A stretch of DNA of 64,000 nt from NCBI GenBank assembly GCA_031362565.1, contig JANLSU010000058.1, positions 32,001 through 96,000 on the forward strand, in the 5' to 3' direction. Source of the DNA: a bacterium (GTDB lineage Bacteria; Krumholzibacteriota; Krumholzibacteriia; G020349025). Both the position numbers and the translations under genes were made by a program. Positions 37,288 through 45,833 of this stretch are shown one piece after another (position 1 is the stretch's first letter; every line of letters begins with the position of its first letter). The notes below the pieces were generated by a model that was not told the origin of the DNA, searched no databases, and worked only from the letters and a program-made list of their open reading frames with translations.

Positions 37288-37844
37288 TTCTGGTCCGCGA
37301 AATTCGCCAAGACGACCGACATCGTCGCTTGCACGTGAATGGTCTTGCTTGGATCGACGGCCGGCGAGCCGACGAAATCGATGTCGGCGATCAGCGGAAC
37401 CTGGCCGCCGGCGGCCAGCGCCGCGAATGGCGCCGCGGTTTTCATTCCCAATGACACGACCAGGGCGCTCAAGCTTGCCGTTCCATTGATCGGCACGACG
37501 CTCGAGACGGCTTCGGTGTGATTGAACGGTGCGAGATCCAGTCCGCCGGGCGTACCGGCCGTCGCGCGCCAAGTCACGGTGTAGCCCGTGATCTGGAAGT
37601 CGAGCCCGAAGTTGGTCGGGTCCACCACGATGGACGGCGAGTAGGGCCGGTTGGTGAACTCGACGGGCGTCAGATCGGTCGGGATATAGTTGAACCCGGT
37701 GGCCGCATCGACGGCGATCACGTCGGACAAGAGCGGTGCACCGGCGTTGATGGTCGATACCCGCACGATGAACGGGTTCTGATTACTCTCCGCGCACCCG
37801 AGTGCGAGGAATGCAAGGCTGAGCACGATGGCTGCACGTCGCAT
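37284..37844 (-). CDS. Hypothetical beta-rich lipoprotein
   Basis: RBS GGAGGA 6-7 nt upstream of ATG 37844; MRRAAIVLSLAFLALGC lipobox; 186 aa; stop overlaps the lpxK stop (CTAG). Confidence 0.85.
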   Translation of the reverse strand: MRRAAIVLSLAFLALGCAESNQNPFIVRVSTINAGAPLLSDVIAVDAATGFNYIPTDLTPVEFTNRPYSPSIVVDPTNFGLDFQITGYTVTWRATAGTPGGLDLAPFNHTEAVSSVVPINGTASLSALVVSLGMKTAAPFAALAAGGQVPLIADIDFVGSPAVDPSKTIHVQATMSVVLANFADQN

Positions 37845-37908
37845 GACTGATTCCTCCAGGAAATCGTCGCCGCGCATCCAGGGCGCGCGGATCCGTGTGA
37901 GCTGTTCG

Positions 37909-37924
37909 TGCAACGGACATGCCA
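37909..37924 (-). promoter_or_regulatory. Putative sigma54 (-24/-12) promoter TGGCAT-GTCCG-TTGCA
   Basis: Minus strand reads TGGCATGTCCGTTGCA, GG-N10-GC exact, about 65 nt upstream of the lipoprotein ATG. Confidence 0.65.
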
Positions 37925-37999
37925 GGGTCCGGACGCGCCACGATGGGGCGCGTTGTGCCTTGGCCCGCCTCGCCGTGGAGCGGTGCGACGCTCGCTGGC

Positions 38000-38028
38000 T
38001 TGCCAGACGCGCGAGACGCGGTTAGCCT
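38000..38028 (+). promoter_or_regulatory. Putative sigma70 promoter of nadB operon (TTGCCA-N17-TAGCCT)
   Basis: Hexamers at 38000-38005 and 38023-38028 with 17-nt spacer. Confidence 0.55.
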
Positions 38029-38057
38029 TGTCGCGTCCTCGAATCGGAAGGGCACTC

Positions 38058-39731
38058 GTGACCGTTCGGAACGTGGGCAACGCGGCGTGCGACTTCCTCG
38101 TCGTCGGGAGCGGTGTCGCCGGATTGCTGACGGCGTTGCATGCGGCACGGCATGGCAGTGTCGTTCTGGTCACCAAGCGCGCGGCCACCGATTCCAACAC
38201 CAACTATGCGCAAGGCGGCATCGCCTCGGTGATGAGCCCGCTCGACTCCTACGAACGCCACGTCGAAGACACTCTCGTGGCGGGCGCCGGCATTTGCCGC
38301 CGCGCCGTTGTCGAGGATGTCGTGCGCCACGGCCCGGCGGTCATTCATGAACTCATGGAGTATGGGGCCCGTTTCACCGCCGGCAAAGGCGCCTTGGCTC
38401 TCGGCCGCGAGGGTGGGCACTCCTCGAATCGCATCGTTCATTTTGCCGACCAGACGGGCCGCGAAATCGAGCGGGCGCTCTACGCCGCGGTCTGCGCCGA
38501 GCCGGCGATCACCGTGCGCGAGAACATCCTCGCGGTCAATTTGCTCGGCGGACGCCGGGCTGCAGACCAGCCCTTGGAAGCGAGCCGCGTCGACGGCGCG
38601 TATCTCCTCGACGAGAGTTCCGGGAGAATCATGGCGCAAGCCGCGCGGGTGACCGTGCTCGCGACCGGTGGTTCGGGGAAAGCGTATCTCTACACCTCGA
38701 ATCCGGACGTCGCGACCGGCGACGGCATCGCCATGGCGTATCGTGCCGGCGCCCGGGTCGCCGATCTGGAGTTCGTCCAGTTCCATCCCACCTGCCTCTA
38801 CAACACGAGCGGCAGCCGCTTCTTGATCAGCGAAGCCGTGCGCGGCGAGGGCGCAATCTTGCGCAATGCGGCCGGCGACGAGTTCATGTCCGGCTATGAC
38901 GCGCGCCGTGAACTTGCACCACGCGACGTGGTGGCGCGCGCCATCGACATGGAAATGAAACGCCGCGGCGACAAATGCGTCTTCTTGGATGTCCGCCATC
39001 TGAGCGCCGGGCACCTGCGCGAACGCTTCCCGAACATCTATGACGCGTGCGAGCGCCAGGGCCTGCATCTGGAACGCGATTTGATTCCGGTCGTGCCGGC
39101 GGCGCACTACATGTGCGGCGGCGTGCTGGTCGACGCCGACGGCAAGACCGATTTGCCCGGCCTCTACGCTCTCGGCGAGACGAGTTGCACCGGCCTGCAT
39201 GGCGCCAATCGCCTGGCGTCGAACTCGCTTCTCGAGGCCCTCGTGTATGCGACTCGGGTCGTGAACAATGCCGTGGCGCGCGGCCTGCTGACGCGCCCCG
39301 CACCACCGGCGCCCGATTGGTCCGATGCCGGAACCACCAGCGCCTACGACACCGTTGTTCTGGATCATGACTGGGACGCGACGCGGCGCGTCCTGTGGGA
39401 CTATGTCGGCATCGTGCGGAGCGACGAACGGCTGGAAATCGCTGCCGAGCGTCTCGCGGTTCTGCGCCGCGACATCGAGGGCTACTACTGGCGCTACCGC
39501 CTGTCGGCGGATCTGATCGAACTCCGCAACATTGCGCTCGTCGGTGACCTCATCGTGCGTTGTGCGCGCTTTCGGCGCGAGAGCCGCGGCCTGCATCACA
39601 CGACCACCTGGCCGGACGAGGCGGCGGCGTTCCGCGGCGACACGGTGTTGTCGCGTTTTGTGGCGCCGTACCTGCTGCCGACCGACGTGCCGGTCGAGAC
39701 CGAACCCTTTTCCGGGAGTCCGGCCGCGTGA
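38058..39731 (+). CDS. nadB: L-aspartate oxidase
   Basis: VVGSGVAGL, NTNYAQGGIA, REGGHS, QFHPT, LISEAVRGEG, ELAPRDVVAR, AAHYMCGG, HGANRLASNSLLE, ESRGLH. Confidence 0.96.
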   Translation: MTVRNVGNAACDFLVVGSGVAGLLTALHAARHGSVVLVTKRAATDSNTNYAQGGIASVMSPLDSYERHVEDTLVAGAGICRRAVVEDVVRHGPAVIHELMEYGARFTAGKGALALGREGGHSSNRIVHFADQTGREIERALYAAVCAEPAITVRENILAVNLLGGRRAADQPLEASRVDGAYLLDESSGRIMAQAARVTVLATGGSGKAYLYTSNPDVATGDGIAMAYRAGARVADLEFVQFHPTCLYNTSGSRFLISEAVRGEGAILRNAAGDEFMSGYDARRELAPRDVVARAIDMEMKRRGDKCVFLDVRHLSAGHLRERFPNIYDACERQGLHLERDLIPVVPAAHYMCGGVLVDADGKTDLPGLYALGETSCTGLHGANRLASNSLLEALVYATRVVNNAVARGLLTRPAPPAPDWSDAGTTSAYDTVVLDHDWDATRRVLWDYVGIVRSDERLEIAAERLAVLRRDIEGYYWRYRLSADLIELRNIALVGDLIVRCARFRRESRGLHHTTTWPDEAAAFRGDTVLSRFVAPYLLPTDVPVETEPFSGSPAA

Positions 39732-40510
39732 GCGACTCACCGTGGTACGCCGACCGGTTCGACGCCACGTACTTGGAAACGTACGCGCACCGGGACCGTG
39801 CCGAAGCCGCTCGTGCGACGCAAGGCATTCTGGTGCCGCTCGGATTGCAGGGCCGCCGCGTGCTCGATTTGTGCTGCGGGGCGGGGCGTTATCTCGAGCC
39901 CCTCGTGGCGGCCGGTGCAGAGACGGTAGGGCTGGATTTGTCGGCGCCGCTCCTCGGTGCGGCGCGGGCGGCTCTCGGCGGCCACGCTGCGCTCGTCCGG
40001 GCCGACATGCAACGGTTGCCTTTTCGAGCCGCGTGCTTCGACCGGGTGATCAACATGTTCACGAGTTTCGGATACCTGCCAGAGCCGGACGACGACCGAG
40101 CCGTGTTGGAGGAGGTTGCCCGGGTGCTCGTACCGGACGGGGTGTTCGTGTTGGATACGTTCAACTCCGAGCTCGTGCGCGACGGTCTCGAGCCCGAAAC
40201 GCACCGCACGGTCGGACGATGGGAAGTCGTCGAACGGCGCCGTTTGGACGCCGGGCGGGTCGTCAAGGAAATCGCCATGCAGTCGGGGAACGAGATTCGG
40301 CGCTATCGTGAAGACGTGCGCTTGTGGATGCCCGGCGCACTCATTGCCGCGGTGGAGGGCGCCGGGTTCGTGGTCCGATCGACGTATGGCGATTACGACG
40401 CCGGCGCCTTCGATGCGCGCTGCTCACCGCGCTTGGTGATCGCCGCGAGCCGCTCGTCCGCCCGCGGATCTGCACCATCGGAGGCTGCATGCGCGCCGTC
40501 GCGGCGTTGA
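39728..40510 (+). CDS. Class I SAM-dependent methyltransferase (candidate bacillithiol N-methyltransferase)
   Basis: WY..FD..YL..YAHRD..EA N-terminus, VLDLCCGAGR, GLDLS, RADM, NMFTSFGY; overlaps nadB stop and bshC start. Confidence 0.88.
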   Translation: MSDSPWYADRFDATYLETYAHRDRAEAARATQGILVPLGLQGRRVLDLCCGAGRYLEPLVAAGAETVGLDLSAPLLGAARAALGGHAALVRADMQRLPFRAACFDRVINMFTSFGYLPEPDDDRAVLEEVARVLVPDGVFVLDTFNSELVRDGLEPETHRTVGRWEVVERRRLDAGRVVKEIAMQSGNEIRRYREDVRLWMPGALIAAVEGAGFVVRSTYGDYDAGAFDARCSPRLVIAASRSSARGSAPSEAACAPSRR

Positions 40511-42006
40511 ATTGGGATGCTTACGGCTGGGCGACACCGCTGGCCCGGGCGCAGGTCAAAGGGGACCTGCCGGAGGCGCTGCAGGCGCCGCGGCTGGTGG
40601 ACGTTGCGCGTACCGCGAACCGCGCCGACATGCCGGCAGCGTTTCTGACCGCGTTCCTGGCGGAGCTTCCGGCCGCAGAACGGGCTCCTTGGGTGCCGCT
40701 TGGCACTCCCGGAGCGCGCGCCGTCGTTACCGGCCAGCAACCCGGGTGCGCCGGCGGCACCGCGCTCGTGTTGTACAAAGCCGCGACTGCGGTGGCCCTG
40801 GCCCAACGCCTCACGCAATCGTCCGGACGGCCCGTGGTGCCGGTGTTTTGGAATGCCACCGACGACGAAGATTTCGAAGAGATCGCGCGCGTTGGTTGGC
40901 TGGATGCAGCGTCGCGGCTGGCGTTTCTCGAACTGCCGCGCGAGGCGCGGACCGCAGCCGGTTGGGTGGGGGATCTGCCGGCGGCCGGTGACGAAGCCGC
41001 GGTGCAGGCGGCGCTCGCCACGATCGGCAGCGAGCGTCGCGGCGATTTCACGCTGGGTCTGGCTGCCGATCACGGCGCGTGGGTCGGCGCATTTCTGCGC
41101 CACGTGTTCCCGGAACTGGCGGTCCTCGACGCCCGCAGCGTTGCATTGCGCCGGCATGCCGCGCCGCTCTTTCGGCGCTATCTCGAGGCGCGTGACGCGG
41201 TGCCGGCCGCGGTCGAAGCCCAGATCGCCGGCGCTCAAGCGCTGGGTTTCGAGCGTACTCTGGCGGCGGCGAGCGTGCGCGCCGGGCTGTACTGGACCCC
41301 CGATCGCCGCCGGCAAAAGATCGGCGATGATTGGACACCGCTCTTGACGGCGGTCGAGCGGGCACCGGAAACCCTGTCGCCGAACGTGCTGTTACGCGCT
41401 CTGGTGCAAGACACTCTGCTGCCAACCGTGGCGCAAGTCGTGGGTCCGGCGGAGATCGCCTATCTCGTCGAGCTGCGTCCGCTCCGGCGCCTCCTCGACG
41501 TAGCCGAACCGGCACTCGTGGCGCGCCTGACGGCGACTCTGGTGCCGGAGCCGGCTTGGGAGGCATGGCAGGGATTGGGTGAGAGCGCCGAGTCGTTGGT
41601 GCGCGGTCCGGACGCCGGTCTTGCGGCGGCGGCAAGCGAGCGCGAGCGACCAGCGCGTGAGGCCCTCGCGGCCGCCTTCGCCGCCTGGCCCGATCGTCTC
41701 GCAGCTCTCGGTGTCCCCGAGGCGCCAAGAGTTCGCGCCGCGCGCAAGATGCAGGGCGTGCAGGAAGAACTCGACCGGGCGCTGGTCGACGCGGCGCGGG
41801 CGGGCCTGCTCGCGAGCCGTCCGGCGCTCGCCGGGTTGGAAACGCGCATCCGCCCCCGCGGCCAGGCGCAGGAGCGGGTGGTCGCCGGACTGTGGTTGTG
41901 CACGACGCTTGGGCCGGCGGTGCGCACCGCCCTTTTGGAACTTGCCGGCGTGCACCTCGACGCGCTCGCCGGGGATCACGCCGCCCACTACGTGGTGGCG
42001 CACTGA
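40489..42006 (+). CDS. bshC: Bacillithiol biosynthesis protein BshC
   Basis: AVVTGQQPG, LYKA, VPVFW.ATDDEDFEEI, LSPNVLLRALVQD.LLPT, GPAEIAY, QERV. Confidence 0.88.
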   Translation: MRAVAALNWDAYGWATPLARAQVKGDLPEALQAPRLVDVARTANRADMPAAFLTAFLAELPAAERAPWVPLGTPGARAVVTGQQPGCAGGTALVLYKAATAVALAQRLTQSSGRPVVPVFWNATDDEDFEEIARVGWLDAASRLAFLELPREARTAAGWVGDLPAAGDEAAVQAALATIGSERRGDFTLGLAADHGAWVGAFLRHVFPELAVLDARSVALRRHAAPLFRRYLEARDAVPAAVEAQIAGAQALGFERTLAAASVRAGLYWTPDRRRQKIGDDWTPLLTAVERAPETLSPNVLLRALVQDTLLPTVAQVVGPAEIAYLVELRPLRRLLDVAEPALVARLTATLVPEPAWEAWQGLGESAESLVRGPDAGLAAAASERERPAREALAAAFAAWPDRLAALGVPEAPRVRAARKMQGVQEELDRALVDAARAGLLASRPALAGLETRIRPRGQAQERVVAGLWLCTTLGPAVRTALLELAGVHLDALAGDHAAHYVVAH

Positions 42007-42015
42007 GGAGACTCG

Positions 42016-42753
42016 ATGACGATTTCCGCCGGATATGATGTGCTCGCCATCGGCGCGCACCCGGACGACGTGGAGGCGGCGTGCGGCGGCTGGCTGGCGC
42101 AGCTTCGGCGTGATTCCTACCGGGTAGCGATCTGCGACCTGACGCGTGGCGAACTCGGAACGAACGGTACGGTGGAGGTGCGGGCCGCGGAGGCCGCCGC
42201 CGCGGCGCGAGTTCTGGGCAGCGAAACGCGCCTGCAACTCGGCCTACCCGACGGCGCGATCGACGCACGCGACCCGGAACAACTCGTCGCCGTGGTGCGG
42301 GCGTTGCGCACCCACCGGCCGCGTCTCGTGGTCACGCCGCACGAACAAAGCCGGCATCCCGACCATTCGGAAGCTGCCGCCCTAGTGCGCAAAGCGGTTT
42401 TTTTCACTGCCGTGCCACGTTTTGCGCCCGACATTCCGGCGGCGCCGCGGCCGGTGCGGATCCGAGCGACCGACTATTGGCCGGTGGTGCCGTCCTTCGT
42501 CGTCGACGTGAGTGCGACGCTCGATCTCAAACTGCAAGCGCTGCGGTGCTATCGTTCACAGTTCGAGCTCGACGCCGCGAGTCAGCCGACGCACTTGAAC
42601 GACGCTGCCTATTTACAGCGCATCGAAACCGACGCGCGGCACTACGGCCGGCTCATCGGCGCCGCGGCGGGCGAGGGGTTTGTCATCGATGGCGCCGTGC
42701 CGCTCGCCGACCCGGTGCGGGCTCTGGCGCCTCGGGCGGAGGTACGGGCGTGA
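42016..42753 (+). CDS. bshB1: N-acetyl-alpha-D-glucosaminyl L-malate deacetylase BshB1
   Basis: AIGAHPDDVE, DLTRGELGT.GT...R..EA, RHPDH, CYRSQF. Confidence 0.9.
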   Translation: MTISAGYDVLAIGAHPDDVEAACGGWLAQLRRDSYRVAICDLTRGELGTNGTVEVRAAEAAAAARVLGSETRLQLGLPDGAIDARDPEQLVAVVRALRTHRPRLVVTPHEQSRHPDHSEAAALVRKAVFFTAVPRFAPDIPAAPRPVRIRATDYWPVVPSFVVDVSATLDLKLQALRCYRSQFELDAASQPTHLNDAAYLQRIETDARHYGRLIGAAAGEGFVIDGAVPLADPVRALAPRAEVRA

Positions 42754-43883
42754 AGATCGGCATTACGTGCCATACCGGTTCCGGCGGCAGTGGGATCCTA
42801 GCCACCGAACTGGGACTGCGCATGGCGGCACGCGGCCACGAGGTGCATTTCATCGCCCGCGAATCGCCGTTTCGCCTCCCGGGCTACGTCGACAACGTCT
42901 TCATGCACGCCGTGGAGACAGTGTACTACCCGTTGTTCCAGGAACCGCCGCATTCCCTGTCCTTGGCTTCGAAGATGGCCGAGGTGGCGGTTTCCTACGA
43001 TCTCGACGTGCTGCACGTGCACTATGCGATCCCGCACACGGTCAGCGCCTATTTGGCGAAACAAATGCTGGCGCCGCGGCCGCTCGGGGTGGTCACGACC
43101 CTGCACGGCACCGACATCACGCTCGTCGGCAATCAGCCGATTTTCCAGCGCATCACCCGCTTCTGCATCGAGAAGAGCGATCGCGTCACGGCCGTGTCGG
43201 AGTTCTTGCGCCAGCAAACCCTGCGTACCTTCGACGTCAGCCGCGAGGTGCGCGTCATCCACAACTTCATCGACCTGGAACGCTTCGTCGAGCGTGACAA
43301 TGCAGCCTTGAGGGGGCGTTTCGCGGCCCCCGAGGAATTCATCGTCATGCATGCTTCGAACTTCCGGCCGGTCAAGAATATCGGCTTCTTGATCGATGTG
43401 TTCGATGGCATCCAGCGGGTGCTGCCGGCGCGGCTGGTCCTGGTGGGGGAGGGGCCGGAGATCACGCTCGCCGAGCGCCGGGTGGACGAGCTCGGCCTTC
43501 AGGCCAGGGTCCGGTTCTTGGGCAATCAAGAAGGCATCGAACAACTCTTGCCGCTGGCGGATCTCTTTCTGCTGCCGAGTCATCACGAGAGTTTCGGGCT
43601 CGCGGCACTCGAAGCGATGGCGTGCGGTGCGTTGGTGATCGCGACCTCCTCCGGCGGCACGCGTGAAGTCATCGATGACGGTGTCACCGGTTTTCTGCAC
43701 CCGCCGACCGATGTCGCGAGCTGGACGCGTACCGCGGTCGAAGTCTTGCGCGATCCGGCGCTTCGGGCCCGCATTCGCAGTGCGGCGCGGCACGCTGCGG
43801 TGACGCGCTTTGGCGGCGAAACGGCATGTGCAGCCTACGAAGACGAGTATCGCCTCGCCCGCGAACAAGCGCACGCTCGTTGA
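42750..43883 (+). CDS. bshA: N-acetyl-alpha-D-glucosaminyl L-malate synthase BshA
   Basis: KIGITC...GGSGILATELG, LHVHYAIPH, TTLHGTDITLVG, HASNFRPVK, ESFGLAALEAMACG. Confidence 0.94.
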   Translation: MKIGITCHTGSGGSGILATELGLRMAARGHEVHFIARESPFRLPGYVDNVFMHAVETVYYPLFQEPPHSLSLASKMAEVAVSYDLDVLHVHYAIPHTVSAYLAKQMLAPRPLGVVTTLHGTDITLVGNQPIFQRITRFCIEKSDRVTAVSEFLRQQTLRTFDVSREVRVIHNFIDLERFVERDNAALRGRFAAPEEFIVMHASNFRPVKNIGFLIDVFDGIQRVLPARLVLVGEGPEITLAERRVDELGLQARVRFLGNQEGIEQLLPLADLFLLPSHHESFGLAALEAMACGALVIATSSGGTREVIDDGVTGFLHPPTDVASWTRTAVEVLRDPALRARIRSAARHAAVTRFGGETACAAYEDEYRLAREQAHAR

Positions 43884-43908
43884 CAGGCGGCCAGGGCCTT
43901 CCTACGAT
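43880..43908 (+). promoter_or_regulatory. Near-consensus sigma70 promoter TTGACA-N17-TACGAT
   Basis: TTGACA 43880-43885 (overlaps bshA stop), TACGAT 43903-43908; RBS GGAGGAGG 43941-43948 before ATG 43956. Confidence 0.8.
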
Positions 43909-43955
43909 CTCGACAGCGATGCGACGCCCCGTGCAGCGGGGGAGGAGGCGAACGA

Positions 43956-44951
43956 ATGAGTGGCGGGTTGCGGCGGTGGTTGTGGCGGGCGGCCGCGTTA
44001 GGGGCTTTGCTCGGCGCCGGATGTAGTGGCCGGTCGGACGATTTCTTGGTGGCCTATTCCGGCGATTGCCAGGGGTATAGCGAGCCCTGCGGATGAACTG
44101 CCGCCCGCCTCGGCGGACTCGCCCGGCGGGCGAGCGTTCTCAAACCACTCTTGAATCGGTACCCGGCGCATCTCGTCCTGGATGCGGGCGGCTGGGCCGA
44201 GCGCACCAACCCGGATCGCGCCGATTTGCGCTCGCGGTTCGTGTTGCAGGGACTTCACCAGCTCGGGCTCGAGATCGCCAATCTATCGGCGCGTGAGCTC
44301 AAGCTCGGTCCGGCGGTGTTGCGCGCGTTAGCGGATTCGTCGCGCGTCCAGTTCGTGTCGGCGAATATCGAAATTCCCGGCGCCCGCACCTGGCTCAAGC
44401 CGTACATTATTTTGAATCGCAGCATCGGCGGCCGCGCGGTGCGCATTGGCATCGCCGGTGTGTCGCTTTCCGTCCCGGACGTCGGCAGCCTGTGGCCCGA
44501 CTCGTTGGCGCCCAAGATCACCGATCCGATTGCCGCCGCCGAACAAGTATTCGAGACTCTCAAACCACAGACCGACATGCAGATTCTGCTCGCCTACGTG
44601 CCGACCGCCGAACTCGATCGGGATTCGACCGAATTAGAGGGCTATGACTTGGTCGTCGCGGGCGCCGGGGACCTGCGTGAATCCCCGCCCGTGGGCAAAC
44701 TTCCGGTCGTGCTGGCGCCGGGGACGCGGTGCAAATTCGCCGGCTGGATCGCGCTGCGGCCCACCGAGGGCACGAGCTACGCGGTGGCCGACGGCGGCGT
44801 CGTGCAACTGGACACCAAGGTGCCCGATGACCCGGCAATGGCCAAGCTGGTACAGCAGTTCAAGGACCGTCTGGGGCCACCAGCCGCCGCCCCTTCGACC
44901 CGCCAAACGGTCCCCCCGGGCGAGGCGCTTTCCCGCCATCCGCTGCCTTGA
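43956..44951 (+). CDS. UshA/5'-nucleotidase-fold selenocysteine lipoprotein (UGA 44094-44096 = Sec47, CxU motif), 331 aa
   Basis: MSGGLRRWLWRAAALGALLGAG-C lipobox, YSGDCQGYSEPCG-U-TAARLGGLARRA, in frame with ORF-track 44151..44951 (LVLDAGG, FVSANI, KPYIIL, RIGIAGV); SECIS hairpin follows. Confidence 0.88.
44102..44132 (+). promoter_or_regulatory. Bacterial SECIS element
   Basis: CGCCCGCC(44102-09)/GGCGGGCG(44125-32) lower stem, GGCG(44112-15)/CGCC(44120-23) upper stem, GACU apical loop starting with G, 19 nt after the UGA. Confidence 0.8.
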
Positions 44952-44965
44952 TTCGGGGCCATCGG

Positions 44966-44994
44966 TTGCGCGGGCCGCTCGGCTCGTTTACTAT
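44966..44994 (+). promoter_or_regulatory. Putative sigma70 promoter TTGCGC-N17-TACTAT
   Basis: Hexamers with 17-nt spacer upstream of RBS GGAGG (45049-53) and ATG 45062. Confidence 0.45.
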
Positions 44995-45061
44995 TCCCCA
45001 GCGGCGGCGCGGCCGCAGTGCACAAGCCCTTGTCCCAAGCCCGTTTGTGGAGGTCCGCCCG

Positions 45062-45823
45062 ATGAAGCGCAGCCTCGCGCTCGCGATTCTGGCCGTGGTT
45101 TTCACGCTCCAGCCGGCCGCTGCGTCCGAGTGGCTCGGAATGGATGGCGGCTACCTTCGGGCAGCGGGCCGCAGCAACGATTTTGCCCACGACGGCAGCC
45201 AAATCGAACTGTACTGGCAGCACTTCAATAAAGGCCGGTCCGGGCTGCAATTCGGGGCCGGTTATCTGGAATTGGGTCTCGAGGGCGCGGTGCAGAACCA
45301 GGTCGCCGAGTTCGCCACCCTGGTGCGCGAAAAGAATCGCGCCGCACAGTTTCAGGGCGGTCCCGGCGACGGTTGGCTGAGCGCCGAGTGGGGCGTGTTC
45401 AAGGCGTCGTATTTGACCACCAACCTGATTGTCCGTCCGTGGGCGACGGGCCACGTCGCGCCATTCTTTACGGCCGGTGTGGGCGCCTACAAGTGGCGCT
45501 TGCCGTTTCGCGTCAAATTCTATGACACGCCGTTCTTCGGCGAGCAGCACGCCTATGACGAGCCCGGCGCCGGAACTCTGTACACCGGAATCATCCGCAA
45601 GGATCAGGTGGACTTCACCAAGGACGGCGTCACCGGCGGTGTGAACGGCGGCGTTGGGGTCGCGGTTCGCGTCGTCTCGAACCTCCAGGCGACCGCCCAG
45701 GTACGCGCCCATCTCCTGTTCACATCGGGGCGCGGCAACCGCGAAGAAGGCATCGACGATCAGGACTATCTGAATACCGTGACGTTTTTTCTCGTGCGTG
45801 GTGGATTGAGCTACCGGTTCTGA
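45062..45823 (+). CDS. Outer-membrane beta-barrel protein (OmpA/porin-like)
   Basis: Signal peptide MKRSLALAILAVVFTLQPAAA, alternating beta strands, PFFTAGVG, GVNGGVGV, C-terminal GLSYRF. Confidence 0.82.
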   Translation: MKRSLALAILAVVFTLQPAAASEWLGMDGGYLRAAGRSNDFAHDGSQIELYWQHFNKGRSGLQFGAGYLELGLEGAVQNQVAEFATLVREKNRAAQFQGGPGDGWLSAEWGVFKASYLTTNLIVRPWATGHVAPFFTAGVGAYKWRLPFRVKFYDTPFFGEQHAYDEPGAGTLYTGIIRKDQVDFTKDGVTGGVNGGVGVAVRVVSNLQATAQVRAHLLFTSGRGNREEGIDDQDYLNTVTFFLVRGGLSYRF

Positions 45824-45833
45824 CTTCCGTGCC

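Noticed and set aside
44151..44951. 266-aa ORF-track call starting at TTG as a standalone gene
   Set aside because: No RBS; starts mid-domain; promoter, RBS, lipobox and SECIS all support the 43956 start with UGA read-through
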